A stretch of DNA of 64,000 bases from Acidobacteriota bacterium (GTDB taxonomy: Bacteria > Acidobacteriota > UBA6911), in NCBI GenBank assembly GCA_016933615.1, contig JAFGAO010000068.1, forward strand, positions 840 through 64,839, in the 5' to 3' direction. Numbering within the stretch: position 1 is the first letter of the stretch; every line of letters begins with the position of its first letter. This document shows positions 27,089 through 35,601 of this stretch, in pieces. The position numbers and the translations under genes were made by a program. The notes under the pieces are model-generated. The model did not search any database. It was not told the origin of the DNA and saw only the letters and a list, made by a program, of their open reading frames with translations.

Positions 27089-28462
27089 ATGGATGCTGCA
27101 GTGGAATTTGCCCGGAATTTCGCGAATACGAAATACGAGGATCTTTCTTCCGAAGTCGTCGACGCGACGAAGAAGGAGATCCTGGATCTCATGGGTGTCG
27201 CCCTGGGCGGCATTTCCCAGCCGGGGGCTACGCACGTGCGCAGGCTCATGGAGGCATGGGGAGGCAAGGAAGAAAGCAGCATCATCGGCGGCAGCCTGAA
27301 GGTTCCGGCGCCGAACGCGGCCCAGGCGAACGCCACCATGGCGCACGCCCTGGATTTCGACGACGTGCACGAAGCGGCAGTCATGCACCCCGGGATAGCG
27401 GCCATCCCCGTTGCATTGGCCGTAGCGGAAGCAGAAGGAAATTTCAGCGGCAGGGAACTGATCACGGCTACGGCCCTGGGCGTCGACATGATGTGCCGTC
27501 TGGCCTTGGCGACCACCCCCGGTAAAAATCCGATCGACCTTGGATGGCACCTTACTTCCCTGTTCGGCTTTGTCGGATCTGCCGCTACGGCGGCCAGGAT
27601 TATGGGACTGCCCGAAGAAAAAATAGTCGATGCCATCGGTATCGGCTACCACCAGTGTGCGGGAAACGGCCAGTGCGTCAAAGACGGGGCGTTGACCAAG
27701 AGGCTCGGACCGGGATTCGCCATAAAAGGCGGCATCACCGCGGCTCTATTGGCGAAAATGGGCGTGACGGGATCGACGAACAGCTTTGAAGGCGAGTGGG
27801 GCCTCTACCAACAGTATATGGACGGGGATTACAGCCGGGAAATTCTCCTCGAGGACCTGGGCAAACGCTTCGAAGGTGTCCATGTCGCCATCAAGCCCTA
27901 TCCCTGCTGCCGGGGCATTCATCCCGCAATCGATGCCGGACTCGCACTGGCTATCGAAGACGGTGTCCGCAGCGAACACATCAAGGAAATTGTATTGACC
28001 GTGACGGAGGCGCACCTTTCCCTGCTCTGTACGCCTGAAGACGCTAAAAAATCACCCAGGAGCCCCGTAGACGCCCAGTTCAGCATTCCCTGGGGCGTCG
28101 CTTCGGCCATTGTGGGGAAACGGGTCGGTCTGGACAATTTCACGGAAAAAGCCATTACGAACAGCGATGTCCTGGAGGTCACACAAAAGATGCGGCTGGA
28201 GGTGGACGACGCGCTGAGCAAGCCCGGACCGGACCCGACGCGGATTAAGATTATTACGCATGACGGGAATGTGTTTGAGAAAGTGGTGCACACTCCCCTC
28301 GGCAGTCTTGATCGCCCCATGTCGTACGATGACTGCGCAAACAAATTCAGGGATTGCGCAAAAAGCCTCGATCCCGATCGTGTGGAACAACTCATAGAAC
28401 TGGTCGGAACACTGGAGCAGGTTGACGATATACGGGCAATAATTCAACTTCTAACAACATGA
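27089..28462 (+). CDS. MmgE/PrpD family protein (2-methylcitrate dehydratase-like)
   Basis: 457 aa from ATG 27089, 8 nt after GGAG. 'AVEFARNFANTKYEDLSSEVVDATKKEILD', 'HALDFDD', 'HPG' and 'KPYPCCRGIH' are typical PrpD-family blocks. Confidence 0.85.
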   Translation: MDAAVEFARNFANTKYEDLSSEVVDATKKEILDLMGVALGGISQPGATHVRRLMEAWGGKEESSIIGGSLKVPAPNAAQANATMAHALDFDDVHEAAVMHPGIAAIPVALAVAEAEGNFSGRELITATALGVDMMCRLALATTPGKNPIDLGWHLTSLFGFVGSAATAARIMGLPEEKIVDAIGIGYHQCAGNGQCVKDGALTKRLGPGFAIKGGITAALLAKMGVTGSTNSFEGEWGLYQQYMDGDYSREILLEDLGKRFEGVHVAIKPYPCCRGIHPAIDAGLALAIEDGVRSEHIKEIVLTVTEAHLSLLCTPEDAKKSPRSPVDAQFSIPWGVASAIVGKRVGLDNFTEKAITNSDVLEVTQKMRLEVDDALSKPGPDPTRIKIITHDGNVFEKVVHTPLGSLDRPMSYDDCANKFRDCAKSLDPDRVEQLIELVGTLEQVDDIRAIIQLLTT

Positions 28463-28469
28463 ATGATTC

Positions 28470-28490
28470 ATTCGGCGACAGGCGCCGAAT
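28470..28490 (+). terminator. short GC hairpin after the PrpD-like gene (no U-tract)
   Basis: ATTCGGCG (28470-28477), loop ACAGG, CGCCGAAT (28483-28490). Confidence 0.25.
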
Positions 28491-28564
28491 TACCGGGAAG
28501 CCAGGAGCCGGGATAGAAACGAGCTTTTAATTTTCAATCTTCAATCAAGTGAGGAGGCAGGCCA

Positions 28565-29410
28565 ATGGGGGACGTTTTAAAAGGAAAAGTGGCATTCGTT
28601 ACCGGTGCGGCGGCGAAGCGGGGTATGGGAAGGGCCGTTGCCGTGCGGCTGGCCAAGGAAGGCGCCGACGTGATGGTGACCGATGTATTTGCATCGCCCA
28701 AAAGCGCCTGGGCCGGGGATGAAGGCTGGAAAGGGCTGGAAGATGTCGTAAAGGAAATTGAAGCGGTCGGTCGTAAAGCCGCTTCGGCCGTGGCAAACGT
28801 GGTCAACCTGGCCGAATGCGAAGCGGCCGTCAAGGACACGATCGACAAACTGGGCCGGATCGACATCCTGGTCAACTGCGCCGGAACACGCGGCCCCGTC
28901 GGCGTGAACATTGTCGACGGCGACGTAAAGGACTGGGAAGCGCTGTTTGACGTAAACGCAATCGGTACCATGGTCATATCCAAAGCCGTCGGCAAGGAAC
29001 TGATCCGCCAGAACCGGGGCGGCAAGATCGTGCACATCGCTTCGGCCGCGGGCAAGCTTCCCTGCCCCGGAAGCGCCGCCTATGCAGCCTCCAAATGGGC
29101 CGTTATCGGGATCACCCAGGCCCTGGCCATGGAACTGGCCCCCTACAAGATCAACGTCAACTCGATCAATCCCGGCTTCTTTGCCACCAACCTGCGCGAC
29201 GACGACGCGACCATGCACAGCAAGAAAAAAGGGATTACGGTGGAAGAGTTCCGGAAGGACGAATACAAGATGCTTTCTGACATGGTTCCCCTGAAGCGTA
29301 TGGGAACGGTTGACGACATCGCCAACCTTATCTTCTTCCTGGTCACAGACCAGTCGGAATACCTGACGGGTGTGGATATTAATATTACGGGCGGCACATT
29401 GATGCATTAA
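28565..29410 (+). CDS. short-chain dehydrogenase/reductase (SDR)
   Basis: 281 aa. 'VAFVTGAAAKRGMGRA' and the YxxxK site 'YAASKWA'. Confidence 0.9.
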   Translation: MGDVLKGKVAFVTGAAAKRGMGRAVAVRLAKEGADVMVTDVFASPKSAWAGDEGWKGLEDVVKEIEAVGRKAASAVANVVNLAECEAAVKDTIDKLGRIDILVNCAGTRGPVGVNIVDGDVKDWEALFDVNAIGTMVISKAVGKELIRQNRGGKIVHIASAAGKLPCPGSAAYAASKWAVIGITQALAMELAPYKINVNSINPGFFATNLRDDDATMHSKKKGITVEEFRKDEYKMLSDMVPLKRMGTVDDIANLIFFLVTDQSEYLTGVDINITGGTLMH

Positions 29411-29413
29411 AGA

Positions 29414-29466
29414 CGTTTCCCGTTCCCGGTTTCCCGTTTAAAAAAACGGCGCGATACGGGAAACTG
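29414..29466 (+). repeat. heptad-type inverted repeat element (g)
   Basis: GTTTCCC GTTCCCG GTTTCCC GTTTAAA (29415-29442). GTTTCCCGT (29429-29437) pairs with ACGGGAAAC (29456-29464). Confidence 0.85.
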
Positions 29467-29491
29467 CAACAGACCAACGGAGGATAGCAAA

Positions 29492-30313
29492 TTGTTACTG
29501 GAAAACAGGGTGGCGGTTATTACCGGCAGCGCCAACGGTATGGGCAAAGCCATGGCGCTGAAGTTTGCAAGTGAAGGCTGCAATATCGTCGTCAACGACA
29601 TCCAGATTGAGAAAGCTCAGGAAGTTGCCGAGACAATCAGGGCAGGCGGGCGGGATGCCATCGCGGTCAGAGCTGATGTCTCCAACAGTGAGGATATAAA
29701 ATCCCTGATACACCAGGCGGTTGAAAAATTCGGCCGTATCGAAATCCTGGTCACCAATGCCGGTGCCGCCGGCGGGGCCGATCTGGAGCATTCGGACGAG
29801 GAAGAGTGGGACAGGGTCCTGGCGCTGAACCTGAAAGGCGCCTTCATGCTGTGCAAGGCTGTCGTCCCTCACATGAAAAAACAGCGCTACGGCAAAATCA
29901 TCATGCTTTCCTCCATGGGAGCCGTCCGGCCCTCGATATCCGTGCTTGCCTACCATGCCGCCAAGTCCGGAATTATCGGACTGATGAAAAATCTCGCATT
30001 TGAACTGGCTCCCTTCGGCATTTATGTGAACTGCATCGTGCCGGGCCCGATTGAAACGCCGTTCTGGGATCCGCTTTCGGCGGGCATGTCGGAAGAAAAA
30101 AAACAGGCGTTTTTCGCCGCACTCGGCAGGAAGGAAGTGCCGCTGGGCCGGATGGGGCAACCGGAAGAGATTGCCGGACCGGCGCTGTTCTTTGCATCGG
30201 AACTGTCTTCCTACGTCACCGGCCAGGTGCTTTGCGTCGCGGGCGGCCAGCCGGGCATCACGCAGAGCATGACCTTTATCTCCTCCCCGGAGAGCGAGGG
30301 ATTCGGGAAATGA
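29492..30313 (+). CDS. short-chain dehydrogenase/reductase (FabG-like SDR)
   Basis: 273 aa. 'VAVITGSANGMGKA' and 'YHAAKSG'. TTG start 6 nt after GGAGGA. It is adjacent to a paralogous SDR. Confidence 0.9.
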   Translation: MLLENRVAVITGSANGMGKAMALKFASEGCNIVVNDIQIEKAQEVAETIRAGGRDAIAVRADVSNSEDIKSLIHQAVEKFGRIEILVTNAGAAGGADLEHSDEEEWDRVLALNLKGAFMLCKAVVPHMKKQRYGKIIMLSSMGAVRPSISVLAYHAAKSGIIGLMKNLAFELAPFGIYVNCIVPGPIETPFWDPLSAGMSEEKKQAFFAALGRKEVPLGRMGQPEEIAGPALFFASELSSYVTGQVLCVAGGQPGITQSMTFISSPESEGFGK

Positions 30314-30610
30314 TACGGGATGCCCTGATTGTGGCGGCGGCAAAGGCGGCGAGGGCGAAAGAGCTTTGGAGTGAAAAATTGAATCCCGGCCAAAACTACG
30401 AGGGGGTTGTTGTCGTCAATCCTTTACAGAAATGATAAAGCCTCCATTTGCCTTCATGATCAACAACAAATGCAGAAGCTTTCAGCATTTTTGCGGGTAA
30501 GGGCGGGCACCAACTTGTCCGCCGAAGCCTGCGGGGCGAAGGCGGAAGGTTCGCTTCTTCATTGCATCGGCGTTCGTTTGTTTGCCCATATTCAATAATT
30601 CAGGGGGAAA

Positions 30611-30697
30611 GGGCGAACACAAGGTTCAGGGCGAACACAGGGCGAACACAGGGCGAACACAGGGCGAACACAGGGCGAACACAAGGTTCGCCCCTAC
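30611..30697 (-). repeat. REP-like element with an internal 11-mer expansion
   Basis: GGGCGAACACAAGGTTCA, then GGGCGAACACA x4, then GGGCGAACACAAGGTTCGCCCCTAC. Orientation is opposite to the 8977 and 24756 copies. Confidence 0.9.
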
Positions 30698-30710
30698 TTA
30701 AAATCCGGAC

Positions 30711-31194
30711 CTACAGAATATCCTGTAGCCCCAGCTCCTCCAGCCTTTCCTTTCGGAATTTGCCGGTCTCGAAGTCGAAGCCCATGGCCTCGAGGTATTG
30801 GCGCTTGAGCCCCTCGAATTCGAGGGTCACGCTCCTGGTCGGCCCCGCCGTGAGCGGCGGGTTCCCGCGGGCCCTTTCCGGCAGAGTGAAATCGGAAAGC
30901 CGGAATCCTTCCCTGAAATTGAAAAGATGCAGCATGGTGCCGATGCGCTGCCCCGTCAGTTTTAAATTCTCTATGTCCAGGTCCCAGCCCTTGATCGCGC
31001 GCATCAGCTCGATCCAGCGGAAATTCAGGCCGTCGGCCGCGAATATGCACACGCCGGAGCAGTTCATGAGTTGCTGCCAGCCCGACATGACGGCCTGGTA
31101 CTTTCCCTTCCCTTCGGGATTGTACCTGGCGGACCGTCCCCTCGGTCAAATTCACAAACAGAATTCTGCCGATATATCCGAATCCAGCTTTCAT
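30711..31194 (-). pseudogene. aldehyde:ferredoxin oxidoreductase remnant (large internal deletion plus frameshift)
   Basis: ATG 31194 (AAGGAG 6 nt upstream) encodes the AOR N-terminus 'MKAGFGYIGRILFVNLTEGTV'. After ~25 codons the homology continues in another frame with the AOR C-terminus ('YNPEGKGKYQAVMSGWQQLMNCSGVCIF...GWDLDIENL...YLEAMGFDFETGKF'). About 450 codons are missing relative to the intact AOR at 5939. Confidence 0.75.
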
Positions 31195-31407
31195 TGGACG
31201 CTCCTTAATAGGAATTCCTCTCGAGGCGACCGGCTATAAAGGGCTGTTCCGGACCGTATTGTGTTATGAATCCGACATCATTATCGAAGGCGTGCTGCAT
31301 ACTGCGATGTGGAAACATTTTCATGCTCACGATCCGGCCATATTCCATGTAAGTTGCGTGCGGCATTGTAACATCGAACAGCTGGGACTTCCTGTTTATT
31401 CGACCGT

Positions 31408-31435
31408 TTGAAACCCGGGAAAAGTCCGCTAATAT
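31408..31435 (+). promoter_or_regulatory. candidate sigma70-type promoter for the 31462->41304 block
   Basis: TTGAAA (31408-31413), 16-nt spacer, TAATAT (31430-31435), 27 nt upstream of the ATG. Motif match only. Confidence 0.35.
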
Positions 31436-31461
31436 ACCCTGACTGAATAGGAGACGCGATC

Positions 31462-33546
31462 ATGAGCGGGAAGGCGCAGTTTGAAATGCTGCTTTCACCT
31501 TTTAATATAGGAAAAATGCGGCTTAAGAACCGAATAATAAAGACCGCGGCAGAAATGAATACCCATGATCCCCATGATGCCCGGATGAACCAGAGAACCA
31601 TCGACTACGTGGAAGCAGTGGCCAGGGGCGGTGCAGGCATGGTTATTCTCTGGGATGCCTACCTTGATTATCCTTTGGGCGCAAGGATGCCCGATGGGTT
31701 GCGTATTGACGCTGACGAATACATTGCAGGCTTCAGCCAATTGGCCGATGCCGTCCACAAGCATGATTGCAGTTTATCGGTGCAGATGATGCATGCCGGA
31801 CCCTGGTGCCCGGCGTCGTTTTCCGGGCGCCCGCCAATCGCCGCTTCCGTGATGAGAGTCGAGGTGTATGAAAAACACTGGGGTGACGAAACCGTTGAGG
31901 CAGCCGTTGCCGATATTGAAGAAATTCAGGAAAAGTTCGTTCGTGCGGCGGAGCGCTACAAGAAGGCCGGGGTTGACCATCTGGAGATACATTGCGCTAC
32001 ACAGCACCTGGGCAATACCTTTATGTCCCGTCACTGGAACAAACGCAAGGACCGGTACGGTCCTCAAAGCCTGGAAAACCGGTCCCGGTTTATGGTTGAA
32101 ATCATCGAGGAAATTAAGAGACGTCTGGGGAAAGACTTCCCGATAGGGGTCCATTATAATGCCGCCGAATATGGGATAGATGACGGCATAACTCCCGCGG
32201 AGGGTCAGGAATTCGGGCGAATCTTCGAAGCTGCCGGCGCCGATAATCTTCATCCCAAAGCCGATGGTTTGGGTCCAATCTATAAATTAATGAACTGGCC
32301 CGATACGGTCTGCTATCCGGAGCCTCCGGACCCCTTGCCGGAAGGGCTTGATGGAAGCCGAAGCGGGGCCGGATTCTGGGTGCCGCTGGCCGCATCGGTC
32401 AAGAAGGCGGTTTCCATACCGGTTATTGCCACCGGCGGCATCCATGCCGAACTTGCAGAGAAAATCCTGCGGCAGGGTAAAGCGGATTTTATCGGCATGA
32501 CCCGACGCCTGTTGGCCGATCCGGCACTCCCCAACAAGATTGCCGCGGGAAGACTAAAGGACATTGCCCCATGCACACGCTGTCTTTCCTGCCTCGACAG
32601 AATACATTCGCACCCTATTCCGGGGAGATCATGCTGCCGCGTCAATGCTTCCCTGACAAGAGAGCGGGAATACGAAATCAAACCGGCAGTCAGGAAGAAA
32701 AAAGTGATGGTGGTCGGTGGCGGGCCGGCGGGAATGGAGGCGGCAAGGGTCGCGGCTTTAAGGGGGCATGAAGTGGCGCTGTATGAGAAAGAACCTCAAC
32801 TGGGAGGATCCGTACCCGTGGCGGCCACGATCAAGGGGCTTGAGATTGAAGATCTTCCTGCCCTGGTTCGCTATCTCAATACACAAATTACCAAGCTGGG
32901 CGTCAAGATCCATCTTGGCCAAGAGGTCAATAAGGCGATTGTCGAGCAGGTCAAGCCGGATGTGCTCATACTGGCGACGGGAGGATTGTATTCCGTTCCG
33001 GAAATACCCGGAATCGATTCGGGCAACGTGGTCAGGGCTGCCGACCTGAACCGCCGGCTGAAGGCTTGTTTGAGGTTCACAGGTCCCAGGCTGCTGACGT
33101 GGGCCGCGAAATTCTGGATGCCCATCGGTAAAAATGTTGTCATTATCGGCGGCGCCATACAGGCCCTCCAGCTGGCGGCATTTCTGGTTAAGCGCGGCAG
33201 AAAGGTCACAGTTGTCGACACAGCCGAGAAAATGGGGGATGGACTGGTTGAGTTCTATAAGATGCGACTGTTTTGGTGGTTGGAGCAAAAGGGAGTGCCC
33301 TTATTGTCCGGCGTAAAGTATGAGGAGATAACAGATAAGGGGCTGACGATCACTACCCGCGAAGGAGTGAAAACGCTCCTGGCGGCAGATGCCGTAATAC
33401 CTGCTTTGCCTATGGCGCCGGACACTGAGTTCTTCAAAAACCTGAAGGGGACAGCCCCTGAAATCTATCAGATCGGCGACTGTGGAAACTCTGCCCTGAT
33501 AATAGATGCTATCGGGGACGGTTCCCGAATTGGCCGCGCCATATAA
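31462..33546 (+). CDS. OYE-family NADH:flavin oxidoreductase with [4Fe-4S] and FAD/NAD(P) domains (paralog of 22590..24689)
   Basis: 694 aa with the same architecture: 'KNRIIKTAAE', 'VQMMHAG', 'CTRCLSCLDR...CC', 'KKVMVVGGGPAGMEAA', 'NVVIIGGAIQALQLAAFL'. Confidence 0.9.
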   Translation: MSGKAQFEMLLSPFNIGKMRLKNRIIKTAAEMNTHDPHDARMNQRTIDYVEAVARGGAGMVILWDAYLDYPLGARMPDGLRIDADEYIAGFSQLADAVHKHDCSLSVQMMHAGPWCPASFSGRPPIAASVMRVEVYEKHWGDETVEAAVADIEEIQEKFVRAAERYKKAGVDHLEIHCATQHLGNTFMSRHWNKRKDRYGPQSLENRSRFMVEIIEEIKRRLGKDFPIGVHYNAAEYGIDDGITPAEGQEFGRIFEAAGADNLHPKADGLGPIYKLMNWPDTVCYPEPPDPLPEGLDGSRSGAGFWVPLAASVKKAVSIPVIATGGIHAELAEKILRQGKADFIGMTRRLLADPALPNKIAAGRLKDIAPCTRCLSCLDRIHSHPIPGRSCCRVNASLTREREYEIKPAVRKKKVMVVGGGPAGMEAARVAALRGHEVALYEKEPQLGGSVPVAATIKGLEIEDLPALVRYLNTQITKLGVKIHLGQEVNKAIVEQVKPDVLILATGGLYSVPEIPGIDSGNVVRAADLNRRLKACLRFTGPRLLTWAAKFWMPIGKNVVIIGGAIQALQLAAFLVKRGRKVTVVDTAEKMGDGLVEFYKMRLFWWLEQKGVPLLSGVKYEEITDKGLTITTREGVKTLLAADAVIPALPMAPDTEFFKNLKGTAPEIYQIGDCGNSALIIDAIGDGSRIGRAI

Positions 33547-33599
33547 GTAATGGAACAGATTATATCCGGACAGGAACATTTTGGAACAGAGAGGCAACT

Positions 33600-33992
33600 A
33601 TGACCCGTGAAGAATTTGATGTTTACCTGGAAAAATTCAACGGCAGGGATTACGAGGGATTTCTTGATTACTTCGCCGACGAATTCGAAATGATCCATGT
33701 CGGCGGTTCGTTTAAAACCCGGGAATCGGTAATGAAGTTCTATAATTTCCTTCATGCCTATATTAAGGAAAGCGTGATTGTGGATCGTTTTGTTTCCGAT
33801 GAACATACGGTCGCGCTTGAAGCCAGGGTGCAGATTCAGGGAGTGAAGGAATTGTCCCCCGAGACAGTGGCCGCCTCGGACTACCCGAAGCTCAAGCCGC
33901 TTGCGGTCGGACAGACAGCCGTGATTCCGCAGTTCATTCATTATCATCTGGAGAAGGGGAAATTCGTAAAAGTCGTTTGTGCGGAACTTTAA
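33600..33992 (+). CDS. SnoaL/NTF2-like fold protein
   Basis: 130 aa. 'FDVYLEKFNGRDYEGFLDYFADEFEMIH' matches the pattern of SnoaL-like polyketide cyclase / ketosteroid-isomerase-like proteins. Confidence 0.7.
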   Translation: MTREEFDVYLEKFNGRDYEGFLDYFADEFEMIHVGGSFKTRESVMKFYNFLHAYIKESVIVDRFVSDEHTVALEARVQIQGVKELSPETVAASDYPKLKPLAVGQTAVIPQFIHYHLEKGKFVKVVCAEL

Positions 33993-34152
33993 AAGGGCGG
34001 CTTGAAAAGAGTCGCCCATAGAGTCATCTTCAAACAGGTGGCGGGGCAAAAAATAATTCCGGCCGGCTTCATACGCCCGCGGAAAAACTCCGCGGGAATT
34101 GCGGCTCCCTATGCGGTATGCTTATGTCGTGACATTATAAAAGGAGTTTCCA

Positions 34153-34614
34153 ATGCCGGATTCAACAGACAAACCCAAAGCCGTGTTCTGTACCAACACT
34201 CAATTGCCGCTCGGCGTCCACGATTTTGAAGCCGACGGCGACGGGCCCGCGAAGGCGCACGCACCGGATCCCCTTCACAGGGTCATCTACATGGACGACC
34301 GCGTCGTCCCGGGCTCCTTTTACGTCGAAGCCGTGTGGGTAAAAGGTTCCGTGCCCAAGGTTCACCCCGTGCACCGGCACGATCACGACGAGATCCTCGG
34401 CTTCGTGGGAAGCGATATGGAGAACCCGGACGATCTCGGGGCGGAAATCGATATCGTCATCGACGGCAAAAAGACGACGATCACCAAAACGTGCTTTATC
34501 CACGTGCCTGCCGGTGTGGAGCACGGCGGGCTCTGTTTCAGGAAAATCGACAGGCCGGTATTTCAGATCGCCATGTTGAGGCAGGATATATTTGAAAGCG
34601 TCCCCCCCACGTAG
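34153..34614 (+). CDS. cupin-fold protein, function unknown
   Basis: 153 aa. Cupin motif 1 'HRHDHDEILGFVG' (HxHxxxE) and motif 2 'HVPAGVEHG' (PxGxxH). AAGGAG lies 6 nt upstream of the ATG. Confidence 0.6.
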   Translation: MPDSTDKPKAVFCTNTQLPLGVHDFEADGDGPAKAHAPDPLHRVIYMDDRVVPGSFYVEAVWVKGSVPKVHPVHRHDHDEILGFVGSDMENPDDLGAEIDIVIDGKKTTITKTCFIHVPAGVEHGGLCFRKIDRPVFQIAMLRQDIFESVPPT

Positions 34615-34645
34615 GAATTTCCTGCCGCGGGCCGGAAAAATTATC

Positions 34646-35581
34646 ATGACAGGCGCCGGGAAAAAGGCTGCGCCGCCAAGGGCGGTTATTACAAACATCC
34701 AGGGCTTTTCCATCCATGACGGGCCGGGAATACGCACGGTGGTTTTTTTCAAGGGGTGCCCGCTCGCCTGCCGCTGGTGTGCCAACCCGGAATGCCTGTC
34801 CCCCGAGCCGCAGATCGGGTTCATTGAGACTCTCTGCACGGATTGCGGGGAGTGCTCCCAAATCTGCGCCGAGGGCGCCATCCGCGGCGGCAAAGGCGTT
34901 CACCGGATCGACTATTCTCGCTGCACCTCCTGCGGCGATTGCGTCGACGGCTGCGGCTACGGGGCGCTCGTGCGCTACGGCGAATCCATGACGGTTCCCG
35001 ACGTCTGGGATATCGTCCGGCGCGACAAGATGTTTTACGACAGTTCGGGCGGGGGCGTCACGGTCTCGGGGGGGGAGCCTTTGCTCCGGGCGGGATTCGT
35101 CCGGGAGCTGTTTGAGCTGTGCAGACAGGAGCGGATCGATACCTGCATCGAGACGTGCGGATTGGCCGCCCGGGATGCGCTTGTTGAGGTTATTCCCGTC
35201 ACGGATCACTTCCTGTTCGATCTGAAGCTCATCGATCCAAAGCTGCACAAAACATACACCGGACAATCCAGCGGCATCATTCTCGAAAATGCCGCATTTC
35301 TCATGGAGCGGGGCGTCGACATCGTATTCCGGCAGCCGCTGGTTCCCGCAATAACCGATACTGTTGAAAATATGGAAGCGACCGCGGCCTTTCTCAAAGG
35401 ATCCGGCAAAAAGGACGTAAGCCTGGAGTTGATGCCCTACCACCGGATGGGGCGGGGCAAATACCGGGCGCTCGATATGCGGTATCTCATGGACGGGACC
35501 GAAGCAGCGGGGAACGAAAGAGCGGAGGCCGTCAAAAAAGCCTACATCGATCTCGGCGTACGTTGTACGATTTCAAGGTAA
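34646..35581 (+). CDS. glycyl-radical enzyme activating enzyme (radical SAM, with two ferredoxin-like cluster motifs)
   Basis: 'GFSIHDGPGIRTVVFFKGCPLACRWCANPE' (CX3CX2C), 'CTDCGECSQIC' and 'CTSCGDCVDGC', plus the SAM motif 'SGGEPLL'. Start taken at ATG 34646. Confidence 0.9.
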   Translation: MTGAGKKAAPPRAVITNIQGFSIHDGPGIRTVVFFKGCPLACRWCANPECLSPEPQIGFIETLCTDCGECSQICAEGAIRGGKGVHRIDYSRCTSCGDCVDGCGYGALVRYGESMTVPDVWDIVRRDKMFYDSSGGGVTVSGGEPLLRAGFVRELFELCRQERIDTCIETCGLAARDALVEVIPVTDHFLFDLKLIDPKLHKTYTGQSSGIILENAAFLMERGVDIVFRQPLVPAITDTVENMEATAAFLKGSGKKDVSLELMPYHRMGRGKYRALDMRYLMDGTEAAGNERAEAVKKAYIDLGVRCTISR

Positions 35582-35601
35582 CAGCATCTTCGGAGTCTGA
35601 A

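Noticed and set aside
30562-31239. 225-aa plus-strand ORF
   Set aside because: It reads through the REP 11-mer array (translated as RANTG RTQGEH repeats) and then runs antisense to the AOR remnant. It has no coding signature.
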